Source of the DNA: Utricularia gibba
Lineage: Eukaryota > Plantae > Magnoliophyta
Direction of reading: 5' to 3'
DNA: 64,000 nt
NCBI GenBank assembly: GCA_002189035.1
Contig: CM007989.1
Span: 7,564,001 to 7,628,000, forward strand
In this document: positions 24,470-37,100 of the stretch, one piece after another
Numbering within the stretch: position 1 is the stretch's first letter
How the letters are laid out: every line of letters begins with the position of its first letter
Notes under the pieces: generated by a model
The model's input: only the letters and a program-made list of their open reading frames with translations
The model's database searches: none
What the model was told of the DNA's origin: nothing
Program-made: the position numbers and the translations under genes

Positions 24470-25725
24470 CTCTGAGAAACCAGAGATTGCCTCGCCATCC
24501 CTTTCTCTACTTCATTATAAATATGGGTGTGTGCACATTTTGGTTTGTAGGATTAAAGCAATAAATGGTTTGTGACTGCAATTATGAGAATTTACTGCAT
24601 CGAAGATCGTGCGCCATAGCTAATGCCATTGGATTAAACGCCCCCGTGCATGCATGTACGCGGGTCGGCCTGAATGAACAGGTGCATACGCGTACCATTA
24701 GGAATGCGGTTGACTTCATTCTGGGTGCCCTTCACCCCTCCAGTTCAGTTTACAGTGTTAAACTACAGACAAGGATAACTGGGAATCGGAACTTGAAATA
24801 ACAACCGTTGATGGTGCAGCAGAAGACGAATCCAATCCAGCAGCAGTACTCTTGTTCTCTCAGATGATTTTCAGCACATCATGCATTAATGTGATGTGCC
24901 TAAAAACTTGCGTAATCTTCCTCAATCTGGATCTCACATCTCCCAATGAGTATATTATTTATCACCTTTGACGAATTTAGTATTCTCATTGCTCGAAGAT
25001 GAGTGGTGCAGTGGCAAAGCCCATATGAAGCTGCTGCTGTTATGCTCTAAAGCATGATTACCAACAATTATTGCTGTTGTTATTGCCATGTAACTCCCTT
25101 GTTGCAATAGAATTCACTAAAAGATCAGTTTTTTTTGGTGTGTTAAACGCTGCCCCATGATAGCTATCCAACATTAATGATGGAAAAGGATCAGATGGAA
25201 TGCTGTTATTCCCCCATAATCATCATCCCTGATTATCTCCCATCGCTTCCTCTGAGTCATGTTTTTCTCTGTATACAACACTGGGGCACTAATGGACAGA
25301 GAAGTTCGTGTTGGACAGCAGGAGAGCAGCCTCATGGCTACCCTTTGGGAACAAGGGAGAGAAGAACCAATGGATAGAAGACCAAATCAGAGAAGATGGA
25401 AGGGCCCAATGATCCTTCTCCATGTGGAACGAAACCCAATGTTATTTATATATTAAAGGATGGTTGTGCAGTGGAAGAAAGGGGTTAGGCCCATTGGTGC
25501 AGCCAGTCGTCTTCCATCCCTGTCTCACTACCTCGTCCGGATTTGCTGGTTGCAACTAAGCCATGGATAATTAAATTGCAAACCGAGGGAAAGTTCAAGT
25601 CTTTTCATAGAGAATGAACAGAAGCACTGTGGGATGCCATGGATTTAGGCAAAGCCTTTTTTTGAATTACTAAACAAGCAGGTTAAGAGAAAGACGTGAT
25701 CGTCTTCTTCAGTTGCAGCCGGGGA

Positions 25726-25980
25726 TCAGGGGGAGGAGGAGCTGTCGCAGACGACCTCCATGTCCACGTGTCTCCGATGAAAGTTCCTGTGACAGTGGCA
25801 AGCAGCGCAGTTTAACGCCTCGGCGGTGCCATCTGGGCCACCTGCCATGAACTCACGGCAGCCGTCGACCGCATAACCGCCTATATTAGCCGCATGGTTT
25901 TTCTGGCATTCTGCGTGCCTCACCGTCGGAAAAATCCGAGGTCCCGAACTTCTTCTGATCACGATCTGCTTTTTCTTCAT
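25726..25980 (-). CDS. MIF: Mini zinc finger protein (ZF-HD dimerisation domain only), intronless, 84 aa
   Basis: [62 protein letters not shown]; no homeodomain follows. Confidence 0.95.
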   Translation of the reverse strand: MKKKQIVIRRSSGPRIFPTVRHAECQKNHAANIGGYAVDGCREFMAGGPDGTAEALNCAACHCHRNFHRRHVDMEVVCDSSSSP

Positions 25981-28900
25981 CCCCAATCGCACCGACGTGA
26001 GACAACCCTGGCTCGCTCCTCGATGATGCCCTAACCAAGCCTCCCCGGCGCACCCTACGACGAAAAAGCAAAAAAGATGTCGGCTTTTCAGACCAAAATG
26101 CTCACTTCACTACAAGAGTGAAACGAGTGACAGACTAACTATTAAAAGGGCGGAAAAGCCAAGGGTTTCACGACTGGAGCAGCAGCTGGCCGTTAACCTA
26201 ACCCTAACACACCATCAGCAAAAATCCAAACGACAACCTCATTGATTCATGCAAGTTCTTCGCTTTACATCAGAAAAAGATCCAGAAAGAGTTAGAATCC
26301 AATCCCACATATACATGCAACCGTATACGATAATGAACAAAAACCAAAAGATGTTCCAACACCTCAACTTGCCATGATATTATATATTCATTTGTAATCA
26401 TTGTACTGTTGAAGAAGATGTTCGAAGTAAATGCGCCTACCAACTTGGAATTCCATAATGGACACCATCACTCCTCAAGCTATTACTTTTATGTGTTTAT
26501 GGATAAGTTTCTTGTTATTTTGTTAGTTAGGATTAACCTATATTTTATGAACTTTGTCTTTGTGTTCAAGTATTGATGATAAAATATAGTATAAGCTTCT
26601 TTCTCTTCATGCTGTGGAGACAATTTTTTTTGTATCCTGCACAAAGCATCTCTTCATCCTGCACATGTGCAACTATTTCTTGTACAAATCTATTGTCTTT
26701 TTATGATGTTCTTCTTTGCATTCTCATATCATCATAGCATATTTGGAGAAGTCAGTAGGCATCATCGTAACCACAATAATGGCAAGTTGCTTGTCTGATG
26801 GGTGAAGAAAGTGTTTGATTTGCTCTCTGAGTGTGAAAGATGGCATTGGTGTCTGATTCCAGAAACAATCAAAAGTGGTGTGTTGAGCTGGGCATATGCT
26901 CTTGCTTGCAATCAGGGCAGAGCCTTAACTGGATTTCAGATCCAGAGCCACGATGGAAGGCAACATGAATGAACAATGTTGCAATCATTTCACCTGAAAG
27001 CCTGTTTCTGCGTTCTTGGCTTATTGGGTAGCAAGGACCCATCCGACAACTGGCTTGTACTGTGGAAGGGATCCAAATCAAGATAGACAGACAGATGCAT
27101 CCTCACATCACTAGTCAGTCACTCGTAAGAGTGTGCACACGCAGCCTAAATTGCAAAAAGGTGTATGTGGTTTTTGGAAAAGAAATGATTCTTATTTCCA
27201 GTGCATTGCTTTATTCCATGTGACTGCAGACGCACTGCCCCACAAATCACACTACATGCTGGCGTGAGATCTGTAGTCATTTCTGAACAAATTTTTGTGC
27301 CGGGAGGTTGGTTCTGTGAAAATCTGGAGCTTTTCTCCCAAGCTGGCAGGGTGAAAGTACTTGGTACTACTACAAATCAAGACCATTTTCGCTGCTTGCA
27401 CATGAAACCAGTACACAAAGTCCAGGACCAGGACTAAAATTTTTTTTACCTTCCAGAATCAGAATGGTGGTGTGTGATCAATGACTTTTCCAGTTGTCCC
27501 GGAGAAGAAATGTCCATATCGCGTTTAAAAGTGATCTGTTGCATTTCAATTATGTATTAGATTTTAATTTGGATATGATTGTTTACTTTAACAGAGCACG
27601 CATCTTGTTGTTTATACCCCTATGTTGGATTCCTCAGAAGTCTAAAGCCGGCACATCAGCCAGCATGTCTTCTCCAGAGAATGTGCAGTGAGGCACAAGA
27701 CATGTGCAGCCCAAACAGCATTTCCATTCACTGCTTCACGGATCTCTGGAAGGTGAAGACGCCAGCCAATTCCATGATCAACGTCACTCACTCAACTGAC
27801 TCGCTGATTTCCTCTAATTTCGTCTGAGTCTGTTGGATTCCAAGCATTTTAGTCTGGTTGCTATTACATTTGCTGTGATGAATATGTCTTTTTTTGAGTC
27901 TTAAGGTGTGCCTTAAGGGTGCTCTGTCTTTTTGCTCATTTGAAACATCACTAACAAGTTTTTTTCTGGTTGGAGTATTGTCCTGTTGTTTATCTTTAAG
28001 CACCAAACCTGTTTTCAACACGATCAGTGATGACACTGATAAACATTAGTTAATGCGATCCAACACCCTAAATACAACACATGTTCAATATGGAAGCAAT
28101 ACTGAATTTGTGTTTAAAAGCTTGGTATCTGATCAGCAAGCTTCCCTGTGATGCTGAATGTTGGACCAGAAGCATTCCCAGCGCCTTAGGCCCGGTACAA
28201 GACCAGCCCTGCCACCTACTGTTTGGTATTTGGGCCTCTGACACCCTTCCTTTTGCTAAACTCGCCATGCTACTCTATCAATCTCCATTCTCTGTAGGTG
28301 GGGTTCTACCACTGCCACTTGCAATATTATTTGCAACCCTTCCTTTCACTGTGGTTCTCTTGTTGAAAAAAAAAAAAAACCATGGTATCAAATATGATGT
28401 TCTGAGATGTAGCATGGCAACCCTTTTCTTCCCCTTGGGGTGCTGTGGGATAAGAACAAGAATAAGCTACGCAACCCATGCCTGGTGTGGGGTAGGAATT
28501 TGCAGCACCATCAAAATTGAGGAGGTAATAGTAGGGCAGCAGGGCCTCCCCATTTGGAGAGTGTGTGGCCTCAGTTGGCTGGCTGGCTGATATTTCCATC
28601 TAGAAGAATCACCAAACTTCTAGCACTTTAGAAAAAAACAAAAAGCTTTGGAAATGCTGCATTTGAAGGGTGGATGAGCACAACAGTATGCATTCAACTT
28701 GCAAGAGATCACATGGAAAACTTCTTTTAGCTCAACTCTTCTACCCCTCAAAGTTCTTTCCTTTTTTTGCTTTGGTTTCACGTGTGCCTCAAAGAACAGA
28801 TAAAAAGAACACCCCTAATCCCCTCTGTGCCACATCCTCACAGTCCCAACGCAATCTAGTACGTAACCTACGGACCAGATGATGCATATCCCCACTCAGA

Positions 28901-30990
28901 GTGGACCCTCGTCTGTCATCACTGCTGACCTCTTTCCTTTCCTTGCAGTGGGTGGCGGAGAGAAGTTTGTGATGTGTTTTTATGGGGTGGAATATCAAAA
29001 CACATAGCTGGCTGCTGTATGAAAACACATGGACCTGGTCCGCCTCCCTTTTTATTACACACATGAACTGAATCACAAGTGTCCCTGAAAATTTGAGTTC
29101 CAGAACATCGAAATACACGCAATTATTGCGCAGTAGCCGGCCACGGTATGGAGGGGTGTCTCTGATTCGCCGGACGTGGGATGAGAAGATCAAGACGAAA
29201 CTTCCCTTCTTTGCAAATGTGGCATGGCGTCCATGCTTTCTCACTGCCAAATCTGAGAACACAATCCTGAACTTGGGATGGATGATGGCCTACAGGCTCC
29301 ATCATTTACCACCAAACCACTCAAGTTGGGACCTTTAACTCCTGATATTGTGCCTGGATCAGACACGTCACTGCACACGTAAGTACTTGTTTTTATATGG
29401 AGAAAACAGTTTGACTTGGATTTGAAACGAAGTTGCTAGAGGATAGAGACACGTTCCAAGGCATCTATCTCATTACTATTCAAAATACTGCGATTATTCT
29501 GATCTAGTCTTTTTTTAAGTTTGCATTTAATGGGATGTTAATGGGTGCCAGAGCAGCAGTAGAGAGTCAACCCCACACATTGCAGATGGAGCGAGCAACT
29601 TGCGAGGGAGGCAGAGGTCAAATCCTATTCGCTTGCCCTTTTCCCATGTGCATTTATGGTATTCTTGCAATTTTCTATCCCAGAGCAGCCATCCCCCCCA
29701 CCTCCTGCTTTGACTCGTTCCACCACTCTGCTGTTTGATGCATCCACAGCAGCCTCCTGTTCTTCTAGTTGCTTCTGGAGCTTTAGATGCATGCTGCTCA
29801 CGGAATGCTGGCTTGAAACTCCTGCTAACCAGGCTTGCGTTGTGTATTGTGAAAGTGAGATGATTACATAAGAATGAACTTTGCAAAGATTCTGAACAGC
29901 CCAGATTAGGCACTGAACCAGTCTTGATGCCAAATGTACAAAAAGATTCTGATGGTGGGGGTTGGGGACACGATTGACTTGACCCTTGACTGCTACCAGC
30001 ATTTGGAAAAGGTCAACAGATCTATCTCAGCTCATAGTGCAATCACGTTCCAAAGAGCAACGTTTTCTTGCCAGATTCAGCAGCATCCGATTCCAGATGG
30101 AAACAGATTCTGACCCCTGGAAGACAAATGCAGGTGGTAATCTCAAGTTCTATCACACTTTTCATTGGGATGGGAATGGATGGATTTGTATTTTATGGGT
30201 CAATGGAGGCCACCATGGCTGACTTTGTTTGACACTGCATTTATGTCGAAGAACAGAGAGGGCCCGTCCCCCAAATGACATTCAGGATCACAAACACAAT
30301 CATGATTCCGTGTTGTAATCAATCTTAAGGAGCTTCTATTAACACCTAATACAGAATCCTACAGCTATCAGCAACCAGTGTTAACTGCCTACTGCTGTTG
30401 ATTAAATCTACTGCTACCCATCTTCCTACTCTGTAGCTTTATTATTGCCACTAAACTTTGCATAATAACGCAAGATTCTATGAGGCATGTGCCCCCCTAT
30501 ACAGCATTACAGGCTAGAGCGTGATGTGTGGAACTATGATGCTCATCTCTGACTTCTGGGTTGAAATGATGCATTTTTTGACACAGTGAGAGGGTGCTAA
30601 AAAACCAAGACGAGGTCAAACCCTGTTACAGTCTCCATTAATGTGGTTTGGAACAGTGCAAAAGGTACAAAATTGTAGTATACGAGTTTCAGAGGGGCGG
30701 GGGAAGTGGTGATCGGTGGAAACTGGGAAGCTTACAAGTCTCTTTTCATGCATACATTTATCCAGAATTGGCATAAACTAGAAGGAATTTACACCTTTGT
30801 TTTCCGCTCCTATAGCGCAACGACGCTGAACTAAGTTCATCAAGAGGGGAGGAATAAAAGCCTAGTTTGCTGCACACTGGAACGAAACAACAAAATACTT
30901 GCTCTAAGCGCCAAACTCGGCAGCTACTTGCCATCAAGAAAGGACTCCCGATTTTTTTTGTTTGCTGAGGTGGGTGGAGGGCGAAGCAGA

Positions 30991-32133
30991 TCAGTTGTAG
31001 TTGTACCCAAGAGCAACGTCGTATATGTCGATGAAATCCACGGCATCCGGCTGCTGCTGCCCCTGAGCGGAATCATCAAGAAGCCATTTTTCTAGGACGC
31101 TGAGGGGCACCACCTGACCAACGGTTTCTGGAGTCATGTTTTCCGACTCAAGTTTGGGTTCTTGCTCGCAGGATTCGTCTGCGGAGTATGAGGAGGAGTT
31201 GTTGTAGTTTTGCGTGAGAAGATTGTTGGTGCTTGTTGTGGTGGAGGAGGTAGGAGACTTGTTGTTCATCCAGTTGCCGAGCAAGCGGGAGATGTTGTCG
31301 GTGCTATACGCATATGCAGTAGTTGGTTTGGGATTGGGATTGGGAATGGGAAAGGACGGGTTGGGAGCAGGGATAGACGACGATTTATCGAGGGAAAGAG
31401 CGTCGCAGAGGGCCTTCTTGGCCATCTGAACGTCTGTCTGAAGCCTCCTCTCCCACTGGCCTCTTGATACAGCTACTGATGAGGAAGATGAGGAAGGCTT
31501 GGAGTGGGATCGGAAATTGGAATCGGAATTGGGATTGGGATTTTGTTGCTGCTGCTTCTCGAGCTTCTTTTTCAGGTGTGTGTTCCAGTAGTTCTTGATG
31601 TCATTATCGGTCCTTTCCGGAAGGTAGGAAGCTATGGCTGCCCATCTGCATCAGAAAGCAGAGCATTGAGATTGACGGCTTGCCACCCACACACCGGAAT
31701 GCAAGAAGAGTCTTTGGAATGATAGCCAGGAACGGACTGCACTCACCGGTTACCAAGAAGGGCTTGGAGATCGATGATGGTCTTCTCCTCATCTTCGGTG
31801 AAGTTGCCCCGGCGGATGCCCGGCCGGAGATAGTTAGCCATCGGAGACGGCAGCTCTTGCTGCAACGGAGCAACCCTGATATCACAACAATTCGACCACA
31901 TCAGATCTGAGCCATCAATATACCTCACAGCTAAGACCAGTGCATTCAAGAAGCATAGCACAGCAGCTCTAAATAATTCCTTCCATCCTTCTAAACTCAC
32001 CTGTGTTCTTAGGAACAGCTCTCCAATTTCCAGGCCCATGTTCCTGAATGTAAGAAACAAGGATGATATCTTCCTCGGGCGTCCAGGGCCCTTTCTTCAC
32101 GCCCACTTTCTCACAGCACGGTAGCCTTCCCAT
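30991..32133 (-). CDS. R2R3-MYB subgroup 1 (MYB30/94/96/306-like), 3 exons, apparent 1-nt deletion at 31837-31839
   Basis: [41 protein letters not shown]; exon 1 is the canonical 133 bp, exon 2 is 129 bp instead of the canonical 130; [29 protein letters not shown]; subgroup motifs [12 protein letters not shown] and [12 protein letters not shown]; [11 protein letters not shown]. Confidence 0.93.
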
Positions 32134-32218
32134 CCCCACGACAGAACCAGATAACAAAACAAAGCCTTGAGGATCCAACGCTCAGCCACAGGAGAGCAGT
32201 AGAAGAAAAGATGATTAG

Positions 32219-32242
32219 GGAGGAGGAGGAGGAGGAGGAGGA
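32219..32242. repeat. (GGA)8 microsatellite in the MYB 5' UTR
   Basis: Eight perfect GGA units, read as (TCC)n on the transcribed strand. Confidence 0.9.
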
Positions 32243-32339
32243 GCAGGCAGGGCCAGGCGGTTATGAGAGGAATGGAGATGAACAGAGGCAGGAAGGATTT
32301 GGGAGGATTAGTGAAGGGGAATGGATGTGTCCGAGGGGA

Positions 32340-32346
32340 ATATATA
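32340..32346 (-). promoter_or_regulatory. TATA box of the MYB gene
   Basis: CCCTATATATTCC on the minus strand about 210 nt upstream of the ATG, just upstream of a pyrimidine-rich 5' UTR. Confidence 0.55.
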
Positions 32347-34153
32347 GGGAAAAGACCAAAGCTTGACTGTTGGTGTGTTGTAAAGGCGTAGAGAGTCAAA
32401 TGAAGACAGCAAGGTGCATTTACTCCTGTGCTTGCAAAAAGTCAGCACCTTGGGTATCTCTCCTTTCTTCTTATAACTCTTTTTCATTTCTTCTTTCCTT
32501 GGAGTACCTCATGAAACCGCGTGGCAGATGAAGAGTTAATGCTTGGCTCGCAAGAGTGAAAATAATTGCCCCCCACCTCCTCTTTACTTCTTGGCCCCTG
32601 CTTTGACTTGTTCCTCCTCTGCTCTCCCCTTTACTTTTACCATTTCCAACAGAACCTCCTCTAGGCCCCAAGGCGAAGAGGGACTACAAATGACCAATCC
32701 AACTACACGCCTTTTTCAAATATTCTGAGTCTTTTCTCTGAAAACACAACTTAAGAATGGAGTCATGGGTAGTTGTGGCGTGGCCAAGAATGTGCGTCAT
32801 CCACCCCCTGTGTAACACCCCCACAATGTCCAGTTTCGCAATCCCTTTTCCCTCCACATGGGGATTGAAAATCTTGAATCTTGATCAGACCCAACTCTTG
32901 ATTATTTGTCTTGTTCTTTCCAAGATTTTGAACTGAGTGCATCCTTAAACTGAACAACATTATTTATGGTGTCTATTGGAAAGAACGAGTGTTGTCTTTG
33001 GTTTTTGCGGTGGCGGAAAACTAAGTAACGAGTCCGTCACCCTGGTAGAACGAACTACGTCAGTCTGGGGTGTTGCATGAAGAGTGAAGCAAGGTGCAAC
33101 AGAAGATAGAAACAAAATGGTTGGCCGATCGGTTCTTGTCGTCACATCCACGGGGTGGAGATATGCTGCGTGGAAGACGTCAAAGATGAAATCAGTAAAC
33201 CATGTCCAGGTGCCCATCTCCATTCAAGACTGGGCCGAGAACACAAGCCTTAGTTCGGAATATGGGTTTTGACTCTGCGTGGGTTATTTGAGCTCTTCTT
33301 CAAGATTGCAATGTGCCTTCAAAATTCCAAGTCCTTAGGCCCATCTCTGCGTCTGCTAGTCTCCATTGTCGAAAACCTTGGCAACCGAAGCCCGGGCTCG
33401 GTAGTTCGTTTGGTTTGGCCCAGGGAAGAGTTTTTATACGTTGTATTTTACGAATTCAGTACAGATAATTTGACGTCTACGATTACGAAAGGGCCGCCCG
33501 GGAAGGAACAGTTTTTGCTCGCTGGTGAGCTGGAGTAGGGGACTCATTGCAAGGAACTAGAGTGGCGTTTTGGCTTACAGGATTGTGGTGGCTATGGTGT
33601 GAAGACGGATATTGCACACTGCCAGGGAAGATTGGGTTCACTTTCAGTCTCCGGTTTCCGGAGTTATCAACAAGAAATAGTTAGTCTTTGCATTCCTCAT
33701 TTTTTGTGGCCTTACTTTTTTTTCTTTTCTCGTTCTCATATCGTCTTAGCACCTGGCTATGTCATTCAAATTTTATAATGAAACCTGCATTGCGGAGGAA
33801 AAAAAAAAGCAGCCTAGAGATGCTGATGGCATTGAATATGTACTTAGAATTGATTGGATGTATTTTGTATGTGTGGGTTGTTAATTATGCATGTCAGTGA
33901 AGCTGTTGGACGGGATAACAGGTTTCCTGGCCATCTTAGTACTGGTGACTGGTTCACACTTTCTAGCTTTCTCTTCATTGATTGTTGCCATACCTTTTCT
34001 CTTATGACTAAATTGTTTCTTAATCTATTTTCCTTACTCCTGTTTATGAACATCAGTTCATTTCTATTCAGTATGGCCAGTGCCCAATGCCACTGCTTGC
34101 TTGGTGAAAGATCAAGGGTTTGTATATGATGCCAGACTAGGCATCATTCACTT

Positions 34154-37100
34154 ATGATGCTCGAGAGAGCAAGTTCAAACTTCTTGTGTATGAATAGTTT
34201 TTCCGGTGAGAATATCTCTGATAGAATGAGACTGCACTTCCAGTTCAGGACTTTGGGGTACCCAATGCGAGGATACTTTCGACCTACATTTTCTATAAAG
34301 GTACTTGTCTCATTACATGATTCCTGGCGTACATTCATTTATGCCTGTCTAGCTTTTAAGTTCTTCCGGTTTTTTCAGATTCTTTGCCGAGGGTGCCATA
34401 GGCTGAACACTGGTATTTTGGGCCCTAATATTGCGAGCAGTTTCACAACATCTTCTCAAAGAGCTCAAACATTTAGAAAAAGTGCGATTACTGATCCAGT
34501 GGTACAAGATGACAGAATAGTTACCACCATTCCTTCAAAAGGCAGAGTCATGCTCATCGATGGCTCTTCACTCATATACAGGGCGTATTACAAGCTTCTT
34601 GGTATGCCAACCTTCTGCTTGCTGTTTTTTTTTACCACTATATGAGTCGTGGCATGTAGCCTGTATTTTGGGGCATTCAATGGAAAGTTGCATTCGCAGT
34701 ATCATGTTGTCATTATTATTGTTCATTTCCAATCTCTTGTAACTTCAATAGTATCTTTTAAAATGATGCCCAGTTCGTATGTGCTTTGTTCATGCATTCA
34801 TATTCTCATTACTGATATGAATGCCTGGTTTATTAATAGCTAAGTTGCACCACGGTCATCTTTCCCATGCTGATGGTAATGGGGATTGGGTTTTAACTAT
34901 TTTTAGCGCATTATCTCTGGTAAGCTCAAAATTCTTAAATATCAGTACCTTTCGTTGTTATGACATTCTGTTATACTATTACTTTTTGATAATGGATACT
35001 TGGTTTCCCGCAAGTGCCTCTTTCCCACTTTTTTGTGCTTTATTTCAGATGCTTGATGTATTAGAGTTCGTTCCTTCACATGTTGTGGTATGCCTCTTTG
35101 TTCCTTCTGACATATTTCATTTTTATTTTGTAATGGAAGCAAAATATTTTCACAAAATTGTACTTTTTTGTCAACGGTTTCATGGAATGCAATGGATTGG
35201 GGTGATATTCTGCATTTTACTTATTCACTTAACTTTACGTACATTATTGTATATTTCTCTGATATCAACTTCTCTTTTCTCATGTTTCAGGTGGTTTTTG
35301 ACCATGATGGTGAGTTATTGTTCATTTTATTAGATTTGTCAATCAATTTATTTTTTCCGCTCCCACTAAGTTTTTTCCGTAGTATCTTTATATTTTCTTC
35401 TTCAATCCACACATGAAAACTTATTTCTGTTCTCCATGGTTTGGTAGATTGAACGCTGACTTAAAAAGTTTCAGGCGAATTATTTTAGCTTCCATTAGTC
35501 TTGTTAGTCAAAAGGTTGCTATGGGACCAGTATTGTAAACATGATATATGACGAATTTTATACAGCAATGGGAATTATTAGTCAAAAACTGGAAGATTGT
35601 TTTAGATGGGATTTGGCTCTGGGAATTTGCGTAAAAAACATTTTAATAAAACATTTTTCTTTTCAGGGTTTCCATATGACCATTCTTCTCTTTCATCCAA
35701 ACAAAGTTTAATTGCAAAAGGTAAGAGCTTTGTTTATCTCTCTTTTTTATGGGGAGCGGGTGGTGGGATGGTGGGGGTCACAATACTTGAACTAGGTTTC
35801 ATGTCATTCGGAGTAGAATAAGTGGAGTATTTGTTGGTGCTAACCCTGCTTCCTGCGCTGTCCCTCTTCAGAATTAGATGATCTTTTAAATATTTTTAAA
35901 CATAATGGATGAGCCATGCAAAGCTTCAGCAGTGTTTGAATACGTGGAAGGGATAACTGTTGAGTTTATTGCAGGGTTAAATTTTCGACACACCATGTAC
36001 CCCTCCTACAAAAGCAATAGGCCTCCAACCCCAGATACCATTGTCCAAGGGCTTCAATACTTGAAGGCTTCCATTAAAGCGATGTCCATTCAAGTAATTG
36101 AGGTACGTCAAATGAATCTGTCTGCCCAATGAAAGTAGCACATTCAGCCTACGTTCATGATTTATTTTGACTGTCATCAGGTCCCCGGGGTTGAAGCTGA
36201 TGATGTGATTGGCACTCTTGCAATTAGAAGTGTTGATGATGGATTTAAGGTAATTCACAATATTCATTTCTTTCTGTGGTAATTTTTTGTATCTTTTTTA
36301 TTAAATTTATGACAAATGTTGGACAAAACGTATTTCATAACATTCATTCGTGTTTTTATAAATTTTCAGGTACGAGTTGTTTCACCTGACAAAGATTTTT
36401 TTCAGATTCTTTCACCATCACTGCGTCTCTTGCGAATTGCTCCTCGTGGATTTGAGTTAGTACAAGACTAGTCCATCTCTATTACGGCTTATTCGCCTCT
36501 TCTCGATGTGGAGTTATTTTTTGAGGATCCCCAAACTTATGCCCATAAGTGTCTTCAGCATTAACAGTGAAGTTATTGTCTTTTTTTTCACTATATTGTC
36601 ATGCATGAGTTGTGAATCATTTTAATGTGTTCACTAAATGAGTATGCAAATGTTGCATTGATTCTTAGATCAATTACAGTAGCTTCTCTTTAGAGCATCA
36701 AGTGCTGTGATTTTTTTTTTCTCACTAATTTTGCTGTTGGCCTCACGGATTTTCATTCTAGAATGTCATCTTTTGGAGTGGAAGATTTTGCCAAGAAGTA
36801 TGGAACTTTGAGGCCCTCCCAGTTTGTTGATGTAATCTCACTAGTGGGAGACAAATCGGATAACATACCAGGTCTCCATTGTTTCACCTGCTTTGGGAAT
36901 TCTGTGCACTTGCATAATTTTCTGATGTGCTAGTTGCATTTAGTTTGTGGAACAAAGCATAAGCCAAAATGCAATAAGAGCGCCAGCTGCACCTTCGTAA
37001 TCCCAAAGCCCAGGATTCGTTTTAGACCCTCCTGTGATACTCCAACCTCCCCACGAATTTGTTATTCCCTAAAATAAAATGATGTCTTAGATTATTATCT

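Noticed and set aside
26302-26312. ATCCCACAT resembling the snRNA upstream sequence element
   Set aside because: Lacks the terminal CG, has no properly spaced TATA box and no snRNA sequence follows.
28162-28182. Partial resemblance to miR166
   Set aside because: Several mismatches plus an indel, and no hairpin partner.
28789-29262. 157-aa minus-strand ORF
   Set aside because: Non-ATG start, no motif and non-coding composition; consistent with chance.
29945-30002. Minus-strand peptide VNRVPNPHH resembling a CLE motif
   Set aside because: Lacks the SGP core, is N-terminal rather than C-terminal in its ORF and has no signal peptide.
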